A stretch of DNA of 64,000 nucleotides from contig CAXWPL010000002.1 of the NCBI GenBank assembly GCA_963666215.2, positions 672,001 through 736,000 of the forward strand. Reading direction: 5' to 3'. A model generated the notes under the pieces. That model was not told the origin of the DNA and made no database searches. It saw nothing but the letters and a program-made list of their open reading frames with translations. This DNA comes from Acidobacteriota bacterium. Lineage in GTDB: Bacteria > Acidobacteriota > UBA890 > WLXD01. Both the position numbers and the translations under genes were made by a program. This document shows, in pieces, positions 1 to 13,119 of the stretch (its first letter is position 1; each line of letters starts with the position of its first letter).

Positions 1-8
1 GACGTCCG

Positions 9-446
9 GTGCAGGGAGCCGGAGGCGACCGAAAGCGGACGTCGCGCGAGCCCGCGGTCCCGGCCCCCGACCCCCAGTTGGTCGAGCGATCACGGCGCCG
101 CAAGTTCACCGCCGAGTACAAGGTCCGGGTGGTGCGCGAGGCGGACGGGTGCTCGAAGCCCGGCGAGGTCGGCGCGCTGCTGCGGCGCGAGGGGCTGTAC
201 TCGTCGCATCTGTCGGTGTGGCGCAAGCAGCGTGACGCCGGGGCATTGGTGGCGCTGGCTAAGCTACGCGGCCGGCCGGCGCCCGATCCCCGAGACGCGC
301 AGCTTGCCAACCTGCGTCGCCGAGCCGAGCGGGCCGAGGCGGAGCTCGAGAAGGCACGGCGAGTAATCGAGGTGCAGGGAAACGTCTCCGCGCTTCTGGG
401 AGAGCTGCTCGAGCCCAGGGGCGCCAACGCGACTACCAAGCGATGA
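9..446 (+). CDS. IS3 transposase OrfA (HTH); true start may lie upstream
   Basis: RRKFTAEYKVRVVREAD...LLRREGLYSSHLSVWR HTH followed by a coiled coil; G GGA AAC slippery heptamer at 377-383. Confidence 0.88.
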   Translation: MQGAGGDRKRTSREPAVPAPDPQLVERSRRRKFTAEYKVRVVREADGCSKPGEVGALLRREGLYSSHLSVWRKQRDAGALVALAKLRGRPAPDPRDAQLANLRRRAERAEAELEKARRVIEVQGNVSALLGELLEPRGANATTKR

Positions 447-1447
447 TCGAGCAGACCGTCGAACAACTCACTCCCATCATCGGGACTCGCCCGGCGTGCC
501 GGACGCTGGGCGCCTCGCACGCGACGATCTACCGCCGCCGTCGGCCGCCTGCGCGCCGACCGAGCCGTCCGCGGCCCAAGCCGGCGAGGGCGCTGTCGGA
601 GCCTGAACGTCACGAGGTGCTCGCCGAGTTGCATAGTGAGCGCTTCGTCGACTGCGCTCCTGCCCAGGTATGGGCGACGCTGCTGGACGAAGGCCGCTAC
701 CTGGCATCGGAGCGCACGATGTACCGGATCCTCGCCGCCCAGGGCGAGGGCGGCGAGCGGCGCAACCAGCTCGTGCACCCGCCCTACAACAAGCCCGAGC
801 TGCTCGCCGAGCGAGTCAATGAGGTGTGGTCGTGGGACATATCCAAACTGCGAGGCCCTGCCAAGTGGACCTACTTCTACCTGTACGTCATCCTCGACGT
901 GTTCAGCCGCTACGTGGTGGGCTGGACTCTCCAGCACCGCGAGAGCGGTCCCTTGGCCGAGCAGCTCATCGACCAGGCGCTGCTCCAGCAACGCATCGGA
1001 CCTGATCAGCTCACCATCCACGCCGACCGCGGCAGCTCGATGACCTCCAAGCCGGTCGCCTTCCTGCTCGCCGATCTCGGGGTCACCAAGACACACTCGC
1101 GGCCCTACACCTCGTCGGACAATCCCTACTCGGAGGCCCACTTCAGGACGCTCAAGTACCGACCCGAGTTCCCTGCTCGCTTCGAGTCGATCGAACACGC
1201 CCGTCTCTTTTGCCGCATGTTCTTCCACTGGTACAACCACCAGCATCGCCACTCGGGCATCGGCCTGATGACTCCGGCGACGGTGCAGGACGGGCTCGCC
1301 CAGCAGACCCGCGACCGGCGTGCCGAAGTCCTGCTGGCCGCCTACCGGGCGCGACCTGAGCGCTTCGTCAACCACCCGCCCCGACCGCCGGCGATCCCCA
1401 CCGCCGTCTGGATCAACAAGCCTGCCACCCTCGAGAATGCTCACTAA
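443..1447 (+). CDS. IS3 transposase OrfB (DDE integrase core)
   Basis: WSWDIS, LDVFSRYVVGW, HADRGS, DNPYSEAHFRTLK and YNHQHRHSGI motifs. Confidence 0.93.
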   Translation: MIEQTVEQLTPIIGTRPACRTLGASHATIYRRRRPPARRPSRPRPKPARALSEPERHEVLAELHSERFVDCAPAQVWATLLDEGRYLASERTMYRILAAQGEGGERRNQLVHPPYNKPELLAERVNEVWSWDISKLRGPAKWTYFYLYVILDVFSRYVVGWTLQHRESGPLAEQLIDQALLQQRIGPDQLTIHADRGSSMTSKPVAFLLADLGVTKTHSRPYTSSDNPYSEAHFRTLKYRPEFPARFESIEHARLFCRMFFHWYNHQHRHSGIGLMTPATVQDGLAQQTRDRRAEVLLAAYRARPERFVNHPPRPPAIPTAVWINKPATLENAH

Positions 1448-1722
1448 TTACTCGTGACCACCGTCTCATCCGCGTTGACAGGCACCGGAACGCCGGACGA
1501 TGGCTTCGTGACGCACGAAGGCATCGTCCGGAGTGCCGTTTACGAAGGCCAGGAGCTCGGTGACGCCCAGCGCGTTAGTTAGCAGTCGATGTTTCATGTC
1601 ACGAATAGAGTTGAGAATGAGCTAGTCCTTACGTGTCAGCAGGTTAGTGGCAGCGTCGGTAGCGGTCAAGGTACCGTCACCAGGACAGTTCGCCCCCGCA
1701 ACCGCTCCGCAGAGGAGAGCCA

Positions 1723-1926
1723 ATGAACTTCATGCCTGTCCGCCACAAGCGCCTCGAAGAGGGTCTATCCGTGGCTGCAGTCGCCCAGACCGCCAGACGC
1801 TCGATGGGCTGGGTCTACGCGCTCGAGAGGGGCGTGCTCACACCCGGCCGAACGGAGGCGGAAGCCATCGCCCGGCTACTGGATACCGAGATAGATGCCC
1901 TCTTTCCTCGCGTACGCGACGAGTGA
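1723..1926 (+). CDS. XRE/Cro-like helix-turn-helix protein
   Basis: RHKRLEEGLSVAAVA...VYALERG...IARLL...LF pattern; GAGGAG RBS upstream. Confidence 0.8.
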   Translation: MNFMPVRHKRLEEGLSVAAVAQTARRSMGWVYALERGVLTPGRTEAEAIARLLDTEIDALFPRVRDE

Positions 1927-2032
1927 ACCCGGTGAGTAATGCCCTCCGCGGCGGAGACTCGTGTCCACCTGAAGCGCAGCGAACGAGACACCGACCAGCG
2001 GCGTGTAGCGCAGCACAAGGACGGCTAGTGAG

Positions 2033-2866
2033 GTGAGCAAGGGCGATCCGAAGGTGTTCATGCCCCTGTACATCGGCGACTACCTGCGCGACACGGGACA
2101 TCTCACGACCGAAGAGCACGGCGCGTACTTGTTGTTGCTCTTCCAGATGTGGGTGCGCCGCGGCAGGCTGCCGAGCTCTCCCACCCGGCTCGCCAATCTG
2201 GCCCGTGTCCCGACCGACCGCTGGGCAGAGGTTTGGGACGGAATCTCGGAGTTCTTCGACGACGACGGCGAGCGGATCTCGCAGCGTCGGCTGACGTGTG
2301 AGCTCGAGATCGCCCGCGACCAGAAACGGCGCCGGCACAGGCAGGCGAAGCGGGCCGCAGACGGACGCTGGAGAAAGTCCCGAGATGATGCCGGTAGCAA
2401 TGCTGCCAGCATGCCGGGAGCATCCTCGGAGCATGCTGGGAGCAATGCAGGAGCATTGCCGGAGCTATGCCCTTCACCTGCACCTTCACCTGCACCTTCA
2501 CCTGCACCTTCACCTGCACCAGACGACGTCGTCGATGTAGCCCGCGCACGCGAGGCTGTTATCGGAGGCGGAGGCCTCGAGGAGGTGGCTGGGGAGTGTG
2601 AGGTGATCGGCGATCTCAACCACCTCGCTGGGACGGAATGGGCGCGCGGCCCAGCAACGCGGTACCTCCGCGAGCGGCTACTCGACGGCTTCACGGTCGA
2701 GCAGTGTTGCCGGGCGCTCAGAGAAGCCCGCGAGCGTGGGATGGACTTACACCCGAAGCGGATTTTCTCGCAATCCGTTTTTCCCGCGCTTCTGGCGCCG
2801 GCGTCGAAGCGCAAGGCAGCCGACCCTGACGGTATCGGCCTCGTCAACGCGGAGTGGATCGGATGA
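2033..2866 (+). CDS. DUF1376/YdaU-family phage-type replication initiator
   Basis: N-terminal FMPLYIGDYLRDTGHLTTEEHGAYLLLL signature; PSPA linker; followed by a DnaC-like loader gene. Confidence 0.82.
   Translation: MSKGDPKVFMPLYIGDYLRDTGHLTTEEHGAYLLLLFQMWVRRGRLPSSPTRLANLARVPTDRWAEVWDGISEFFDDDGERISQRRLTCELEIARDQKRRRHRQAKRAADGRWRKSRDDAGSNAASMPGASSEHAGSNAGALPELCPSPAPSPAPSPAPSPAPDDVVDVARAREAVIGGGGLEEVAGECEVIGDLNHLAGTEWARGPATRYLRERLLDGFTVEQCCRALREARERGMDLHPKRIFSQSVFPALLAPASKRKAADPDGIGLVNAEWIG
2396..2470. repeat. Seven AGC(A/T)-core iteron-like repeats at about 11-bp period (putative origin)
   Basis: AGC cores start at 2396, 2408, 2419, 2430, 2441, 2452 and 2463; most copies are quasi-palindromic (AGCAATGC, AGCATGC, AGCATTGC). 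Confidence 0.7.
2471..2518. repeat. Perfect tandem repeat (CCTTCACCTGCA)x4
   Basis: Read directly from the sequence; encodes PSPA x4. Confidence 0.95.
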
Positions 2867-3533
2867 TGCCGACACAGAATTGCGGGAGCTGCTTCGAGGG
2901 CTGGGTCTACGTCGGAGAGAGGCTCGTCGATCGTTGCTCATGTCAGTCTGGGCACAGAATCGACACGCTGCTTGAACACGCAAACATCCGGCTCGATACG
3001 CGGAGGCATCGTTCGACAACTTCGACGGAGGTCGGAACCTCGAGACCGCGGAAGCGCTGAGGGTCTGTCGGGATTTCGCCGACCGGCTCCTCGACGGATC
3101 GGGGGGTGGGCTCCTGCTCGTCGGCCCGCCGGGAACCGGCAAGACCCATCTGGCCGTAGCGACTCTGCGCCGAGTGATCGGCGGGGGCCTGCGAGGAACG
3201 TTCTGGGACACGCAACACTTGCTGGGCTCGGTGAAGGCGACGTTCGGGCCCGAAACGGAGGACAGCGAAACCAAGCTCCTGGCGCCGATCGCCGAGTCCG
3301 AGCTGCTCGTGCTCGACGATCTCGGCAAAGAGCGCGGGACTGATTGGAGCCGGTCGACACTCGGCGCGGTGATCAACGAGCGCTACAACCGGAGCCGACC
3401 GACGGTGATCACTAGCAACTACTCGGCGAGCCTAGCCGAGCACGTCGGTGCGCGGATCGACAGCCGCATCTCCGAGATGTGTGTGGAAGTCCGATTGGCC
3501 GCGGAAGACTACCGAAAGCGCGACCGGCCCTGA
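2863..3533 (+). CDS. DnaC/IstB-like AAA+ helicase loader with N-terminal CxxC..CxC; apparent frameshift near 2988
   Basis: One extra C at 2988-2989 restores ANIPARYAEASFDNF; Walker A GPPGTGKT, Walker B LLVLDDLGKE, TVITSN, RIDSRISEM. Confidence 0.85.
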
Positions 3534-3775
3534 TGCACTACCCCGCCCCGCAGCCCAGCGAGCTCGCGGAGGTGGCGCGCCTCTACCCCGACACTGACCA
3601 ACCAATACCTGCGCTCTGGACAGTCACAGAGGTCGCCGAGTTTCTCGGCATCCACCAAAAGACCGTAGAGAAGATGGCTGTGCGCAACGAGATCCCCGGC
3701 CACATGGTCCGCAGCCGCCGAAGGGTCTATCCTCCCGAGATTCTGGCGTGGCTTCTGGAGCAACCCGGAGGGTGA
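3533..3775 (+). CDS. Excisionase-like HTH (HTH_17) protein
   Basis: LWTVTEVAEFLGIHQKTVEKMAVRNEIPG; coupled to both neighbours (TGATG and GTGA overlaps). Confidence 0.8.
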   Translation: MHYPAPQPSELAEVARLYPDTDQPIPALWTVTEVAEFLGIHQKTVEKMAVRNEIPGHMVRSRRRVYPPEILAWLLEQPGG

Positions 3776-4877
3776 CGGTGACGAAGAGCAAGAGGCTGAA
3801 GGGCGTTCACTACCGCAGCGAGCGAGACCGCTGGTTCGCCGAGCGCACCTTCAAGGGATACCGCCATCGAGCCCCTCTGCGCGAGACGCAATGGGAAGCC
3901 TACGAGGACCGCATCGCAATGGACCGTGCCGTGCGCGAGGGCACGTTCATGCAGCTCTACGGCCCGCACCCCATCGCCTCGCTCGAAGAAGCCGTCGTCG
4001 ATTACCTCGAGTGGTGCGCCACTGGCAAGGCAACGCCGAACGCCCCGAAAACGATCCAATGCAAGGGCCGCCACCTACGAACGATCGGCGAGCTACTCAA
4101 CAAGCGGCCCGACCAGATCGTCGAGTTCGATCTGCTGAAGATCCGCAAGTCGCTCCGGCGCCGCATGGCCGGCCCCACGGTCAACCGGCACATGGCCACG
4201 CTGTCGGACATGATGCGCTACCTACGGCGGCACAACGTCATCCTCGCCAGCCCGTGCGTCGGCATCGAGCGCTACCAGGAGACGGAGCAGACCCGCACCG
4301 CACCCAACGACGTCGATGTCGATAGCCTCGTCGCCTCGTGTGGAGCCGCTCCCCTGCCCTGGATGGGCGTGCTCATCACGCTCCTGTTCGACACGGGCGT
4401 GCGCGTCAACGAGGCGCTCAGAGCCAGGCAGGCTGCGTCGACTTCTCATGGGGTCCGCACGGCCTGATCCATCCACCGCCCAGCAAGCGCGGCCGGGACA
4501 TCGGGATCCCGCTGCTGCCCCGTCTACGCGCCGTGCTCGAGCAGCATCTCAGCAAGACTCCAGGCCCGTACCTGTTCCCGCACCCCGATGACGCCGGACG
4601 ACCGTGTGACTACAACCGGGTTCGGCGGAGCTGGTGCAAGGTCCGAGAGGCGGCGGGCCTTCCGGGGCTCTGGATCCACGACCTGAGAGCCGGCGCAGCA
4701 ACGGAGCTCGGCGCCGCCGGGGCAGGCTCGATCGAGGTGCAGACCTTCCTCCGCCAGAAGACGCCTTGGGCCACGCCCAGATACACGCGAACCGAGGGAA
4801 AACACCTCCTGGCAGCCATCGAAAGGCGACACCAGGCGCCATCGATTACGCATATTCGGGGCGCGAAAAAGAAGTGA
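3772..4877 (+). CDS. Tyrosine recombinase/integrase; apparent frameshift near 4427
   Basis: DTGVRVNEAL in the first frame; SKRG, IHDLR and TPRY in the -1 frame; one extra G at 4427-4428 joins the two parts. Confidence 0.88.
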
Positions 4878-4878
4878 T

Positions 4879-4899
4879 TCGCTACCCAAATCGCTACCC
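4879..4899. repeat. Direct repeat TCGCTACCC x2 (candidate integrase arm-type sites)
   Basis: Copies at 4879-4887 and 4891-4899, immediately after the integrase stop. Confidence 0.5.
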
Positions 4900-4964
4900 G
4901 TCTTTCGCTGAGATCGGCGGCGAACGCGGCGCAAGACGCGCCGTTACAATCACCTACTGGGGTT

Positions 4965-5046
4965 GCCCAGGTGGCGGAACCGGCAGACGCGGCGGACTTA
5001 AAATCCGCTTCCCTCGGGAGTGCGAGTTCAAGTCTCGCCCTGGGCA
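4965..5046 (+). tRNA. tRNA-Leu(TAA)
   Basis: GCCCAGG/CCTGGGC acceptor stem; GCGGA-CTTAAAA-TCCGC anticodon arm; long variable arm; GTTCAAGT T-loop; no encoded CCA; TACAAT -10-like box at 4945-4950. Confidence 0.96.
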
Positions 5047-5078
5047 CTGGCCGAACGAGCCTTCGACAGGAAGCAGCA

Positions 5079-5890
5079 ATGACCCACGCCGGAGCTTCTA
5101 TCGTTCTTTGGCAACCGCGCGCGCGGCATGTCATAGCGACGACTTTGCTACTGATCCTGATGGGCACGGCAGCGGGTGCAATGGCGCAGGCGGCCGGCCC
5201 CATCAATACGGACCGCCCCGGGTTCACCGAGACCGCTCACATCATTGGCGTGGGAACCTTTCAGCTCGAATTCGGGTACACGATCGATCGCGAGGACGGA
5301 TCCACGCTGCACAACGTCGGTGAGGGTGTGTGCGCTACGGCCTGAACGAACGGGTGGAGTTGCGCGTGGGCCTGCCGTCGTACGCCTGGTACCAGGGCCG
5401 CGCCAGCGGCTCGGGCGCGGGTGACCCGTGGCTCGGATTCAAGGTTCGGGTTGTGGACGGAGATCCGGGGATGGGCATCGATCGACCCGACATCGCGGTC
5501 GAAACCTTCTTCACGGTGCCGGCCGGGGGCTCGTTCGGCTCCGACGAGGTCACGCCGAACATCTACTTGATTTACGCATGGAATCTGAGCGAGACGATGG
5601 TGCTGGCGGGTAACGTTTTCTACGCCAACCTGGTTGCCGGTGACGAGCGTTTTTCGCAGTACGTGGCGAGCCTGTCGGTCACACAGGCGTTGAGCTCGGA
5701 GATCGCGGCCTACTACGAGTACTTTCGGTATTTCGGAGACGACTTCGCTTCGCAGCGTAATGTCGTCAACGGCGGTTTGAGCTTCACGCTGACTCCCGAT
5801 TTCGCGGTCGACAGCATCGTCGGCCTCGGCTTTGACGACGCCGACGGTTCCGAGGTGTTCGTGCGCCTCGGCGGCAACGTCCGCTGGTGA
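5079..5890 (+). CDS. Putative outer-membrane beta-barrel ('transporter'/MetA-pathway phenol-degradation-like); apparent frameshift near 5330
   Basis: Signal peptide; [21 protein letters not shown] motif; one extra T restores GVLRYGL; amphipathic strands and a terminal W. Confidence 0.72.
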
Positions 5891-5918
5891 CTCTGGTAAC
5901 GACGACGGAAGAACGGCC

Positions 5919-9713
<3,795 letters not shown>

Positions 9714-9770
9714 CGGACTGAGCTCCGGCAACTGTCCGGAGTCGTGCCCGGTGGCCCGGATCCATTCGGG

Positions 9771-12449
9771 TCAATCCGAACGCAGAGCCACAACCGGATC
9801 GATACGCGTCGCGCGGCGGGCCGGCAACCAGCAGGCGAGCAGGGCCACAGCTACCAGGATCGCGATCACGATCAGCGGCGCGGCAAGCGACGGGCTGTCA
9901 CCGGCGAAGCTGGCCAGCATAGCTGCCAGCGCGAACGTCAGTAGCGCTCCGATCAGCGCCCCCGAGGCCGCCAGGGTGGCGCCGCGGCGTACAACAAGGG
10001 CAACCACCTGCCCGGCGCGGGCGCCGAGAGCCATGCGCACGCCCAGCTCTCGTGTGCGCTGGTTGATGGCCAGTGCCACGACGCCATAAACACCGATGGC
10101 CGCCAGCAGGAGGGCAAAGCCGCCGAAAGCCGCCAGGATCAGCGATGCAACCTGCACCGGCTGCGTGGCGGCGGCCGTGACGTCGGTCATCGGGCGCACG
10201 TTGTCGATCACCAGATTCGGATCGAGGCTTGCCAGAACGCCACGCACCGATCCCGCGATTGCCGCCGGCTGGCCAGATGTTCGGACCGCCAGAAAGACCC
10301 GCCGCGGGATGCGGCTTGCGAGCGGGAAGAAGATCTGCGGCTCGGGTCCGTTGAGCATGAGCCCGCCGACGCTGTCTTCGACCACTCCTACAACGGTCGC
10401 GGCGTAGGGCCCCTCGGATCCATCCAGCATGAGTGTCCGGCCGACCGCATCGGTCTCGCCGTCGGGCCACAGGCGTCGCGCCAACATCCCGTTCATCACC
10501 ACGGCGGGGGCGGAGTCCCCGCGATCGCGAGTGTCGAACGATCGACCGGCGCGCAGGGAGATGTCCATCGCTTCGAAGTAGGCGGGCGATACAATCGTCG
10601 AGCCGGCGAAGCGCTTGGCACGCGACTCACCTTTCCCCGCCAGCTCCAACGCTTCGCCCGGCAACGCGTACGCCACAGAGCTGCTCTCGAAGTTCATCGG
10701 CAACATGTTGATCAGCCCCGCGGCATCAACCGCCGGTAGCGCGCTTGTCCGCGCCACGAGCTCGTCGAAGAACACGACACGAGTGTCGGCCGAGGAGTAG
10801 TCCCCCGACGGCAGAGCGACCTCCAGGGTGAGGACGCGTGTCGGGTCCAATCCGAGATCAACGCGGCGCATCTCACCGAAGGCCTGTGCCGCCAGCACCG
10901 CACCGCCGCACAGCACGGTTGCCAGAGTGATCTGCACGAACACCAGCGAGCTGCCGAATCTGCTCGCCTGGGCGCCGCCGTCGCCGGCACACGCCTTGAG
11001 CGCCGAGGTGAGCTCGGTATTCGCCGCACGGCGCACAGGTACGAGCCCGAAAACGACGGCAGTCGCCAGGGTCACGACGGCGGTGTAGAGAAGGGCCGAG
11101 CCGTCGACGCCGACGTCGCCCACGCGATAGAGCTCCGCCGGGAGAAAGGCGGAAAACGCCCCGGTTGTGAGGGAGGCCAGCCAGCTTCCCGGAATGGCCG
11201 CGGTGCCAGCCAACAGCAAGCTTTCGGTGAGCAACTGTCGGGCGATGCGCGACTGGCCGGCGCCGATTGCGGCGCGGATCGCCACCTCCCGTTGACGGTG
11301 ACCGGAGCGCGCCAGCATCAGGTTCGCCACATTGGCGCACACAATGAGCAGCACGAACGCCACGGCGGCGAGCAGTGTCAACATAAGCCCGCGGAAGATG
11401 TCATAGAAGAAGATCAACGCCTCGCGGATGGGCAGAACGCGCACTCCATAGCCGTCGTACACGCCCGGATGGGCCTCTTCGAGCCGCTCCTGCAACTGCA
11501 TCAGCTCGGTCGTGGCGGCGTCGATCCCGACTCCGGCCTGAAGTCGTCCCACCGTCAGAATTCCGCGAGATTCTCGGTCCCAGGATGCTGGGTCGAAAGC
11601 GGCTGGCTTCCACATGCGGACGGCCCCGAAGGGAAAGTTGAAGCCGGGCGGCATCACGCCAACGATGACGTGCTCGGCGCCATCGAGGACCACCGATCGT
11701 CCGACAACGTTCGGGTCGGCGCCAAGCGTTTCGCGCCAAACAGAGTCGGCAACGAGCAGCACGTTGGCGGCTCCGGGAACATCCTCGTCGATCGCGAAGT
11801 GGCGCCCGATCGCCGGATCAACGCCCAGCAAGGGAAAGAGATTTGCCGTTACCAGGCCTACGTCGAACCGGCGCGGCGCGCCATCGCCCACTCGCAACGC
11901 GGCATTGTCGTAGTAGTAGGCGCCTATGCTCTCGAAGCTGCGCGCTTGCGACTGCCAGTCACGGATCGTCGGCAGCGACTGGCGCTGCATGTCCCACCCC
12001 ACGCCATCAAGTTGTGGATAGGTTTCGAACATGTGGACCAGGCGGTCAGGCTCGGTGTAGGGCAGCGATCGAAACAGGAACGGGCTGACCACGCTGAAGA
12101 TCGCGGTATTCGCCCCAATGCCAAGGGCCAGCACCGTGACCACGGCGACGGTAAAACCCGGGCTGTGGCGTAGGCTGCGAACCGCGTAGCGGGCATCTTG
12201 GATCAGGCCCTTCATCCAGGAACCTCCGGTTGGCGAACGGACGAGAGCCGCTCGTGCGCGTCGTCGTGCGAGAGGCAGCAGCGACGAGCGTAGTTGCCCG
12301 TGTACCCATTTACGGGCCACTCGACTTCCCTGCTGGGCCGCGATCTCCGAGGCCTCCTCGTCGATATCGTCGTGCAGCGCCTGTCGATCCTCGGCGGCAA
12401 CCAGGAGCAGGACGAGACGTTTCCACAACGACGTGGCTTTCCTGGTCAT
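9771..12449 (-). CDS. ADOP-family duplicated orphan ABC permease (MacB/FtsX x2)
   Basis: [53 protein letters not shown] and [13 protein letters not shown]. Confidence 0.93.
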   Translation of the reverse strand: MTRKATSLWKRLVLLLVAAEDRQALHDDIDEEASEIAAQQGSRVARKWVHGQLRSSLLPLARRRARAALVRSPTGGSWMKGLIQDARYAVRSLRHSPGFTVAVVTVLALGIGANTAIFSVVSPFLFRSLPYTEPDRLVHMFETYPQLDGVGWDMQRQSLPTIRDWQSQARSFESIGAYYYDNAALRVGDGAPRRFDVGLVTANLFPLLGVDPAIGRHFAIDEDVPGAANVLLVADSVWRETLGADPNVVGRSVVLDGAEHVIVGVMPPGFNFPFGAVRMWKPAAFDPASWDRESRGILTVGRLQAGVGIDAATTELMQLQERLEEAHPGVYDGYGVRVLPIREALIFFYDIFRGLMLTLLAAVAFVLLIVCANVANLMLARSGHRQREVAIRAAIGAGQSRIARQLLTESLLLAGTAAIPGSWLASLTTGAFSAFLPAELYRVGDVGVDGSALLYTAVVTLATAVVFGLVPVRRAANTELTSALKACAGDGGAQASRFGSSLVFVQITLATVLCGGAVLAAQAFGEMRRVDLGLDPTRVLTLEVALPSGDYSSADTRVVFFDELVARTSALPAVDAAGLINMLPMNFESSSVAYALPGEALELAGKGESRAKRFAGSTIVSPAYFEAMDISLRAGRSFDTRDRGDSAPAVVMNGMLARRLWPDGETDAVGRTLMLDGSEGPYAATVVGVVEDSVGGLMLNGPEPQIFFPLASRIPRRVFLAVRTSGQPAAIAGSVRGVLASLDPNLVIDNVRPMTDVTAAATQPVQVASLILAAFGGFALLLAAIGVYGVVALAINQRTRELGVRMALGARAGQVVALVVRRGATLAASGALIGALLTFALAAMLASFAGDSPSLAAPLIVIAILVAVALLACWLPARRATRIDPVVALRSD

Positions 12450-12802
12450 TCGCTCAGCTCGTGCTTGTCGCCCTCTCGATCGAGGTCGAACACCAGGCCG
12501 TTCGCCATGCGTCGAAGCATGGATAGCGAGTGGCTGAGACCACGGTGGCCACTGGGTGTCAGCCGGAAGTGCTTGCGCGATCGGCCACCGCGAACCGGCA
12601 GGGGCTCGGAGTCCCAGCTCTCCACCAGGTCCTTGTCGCGAAGTCGACCGAGCGTCGCGTAGACGGCGCCGATCGATGTGCTTCGGCCCGTACGAGCCTC
12701 GATCTCGCGACGGATGCTAACGCCGTACGCCTCGTCACCGAGACGCAAAAGCGCCAGCAGCACGTACTGCTCGAACTCGGCCAAGAAGCGTCCTCGCGGC
12801 AT
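12446..12802 (-). CDS. PadR-family transcriptional regulator (possibly leaderless; alternative start 12808)
   Basis: [37 protein letters not shown]; TAGAAT box at 12809-12814 lies 6 nt before the ATG at 12802. Confidence 0.92.
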   Translation of the reverse strand: MPRGRFLAEFEQYVLLALLRLGDEAYGVSIRREIEARTGRSTSIGAVYATLGRLRDKDLVESWDSEPLPVRGGRSRKHFRLTPSGHRGLSHSLSMLRRMANGLVFDLDREGDKHELSE

Positions 12803-13071
12803 CGACATATTCTATACAAACGAAAACAAACGCGAGCGGTTTCGAAATCTCTCGAAATCTCTCGAATCTTTGGATCGGCAGAGCAGTTTTCTTGGATTGC
12901 CGGCTCGCGACAGCGGCCGCGGCGCGATACAAGTATGAGCCGCGCCTGAGAAAACGCGGGCGCCACCGATCAGCGTGATCGCTGCGGAGATCGATACGCA
13001 ACTGCGGCCGACAGTACAGCCGCGCCGCATCACAGCCAGAGCAATAAGAAACGGATATACAAGCTATGGGC

Positions 13072-13114
13072 TTGACAAGGCAGCGGCAACACGGTAGATT
13101 GGGTTCATAGGAGG
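13072..13114 (+). promoter_or_regulatory. Sigma70-type promoter and RBS of the IS1595 transposase
   Basis: TTGACA (13072-13077), 17-bp spacer, TAGATT (13095-13100), AGGAGG (13109-13114). Confidence 0.75.
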
Positions 13115-13119
13115 TCGCC

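Larger units (their letters stand above)
1..1480 (+). mobile_element. IS3-family insertion sequence (left end outside the window)
   Basis: orfA/orfB pair; the right end finishes ...CGCGTTGACA at 1480 (terminal CA typical of IS3). Confidence 0.9.

Noticed and set aside
1649-1664. GGCAGCG/GGTAGCG matching the reverse complement of the CGCTACC repeat after the integrase
   Set aside because: A 7-mer match is expected by chance in GC-rich DNA.
2396-2518. Possible CRISPR array
   Set aside because: The repeats are 7-12 bp, have no unique spacers and lie within a gene; no cas genes are present in the window.
4905-4925. GATCGGCGG as a tRNA-Cys 3' fragment (att site)
   Set aside because: Only a short gapped match to GATTCGGCGG; the T-arm and acceptor sequence are absent.
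5047-5918. Cobalamin or SAM riboswitch upstream of metH
   Set aside because: The intergenic gaps are only about 30 bp and no consensus elements are visible.
12921-12940. GATACAAGTATGAGC resembling a degenerate IS1595 inverted repeat
   Set aside because: The match is partial and gapped, lacks the terminal CGG and has no partner end.
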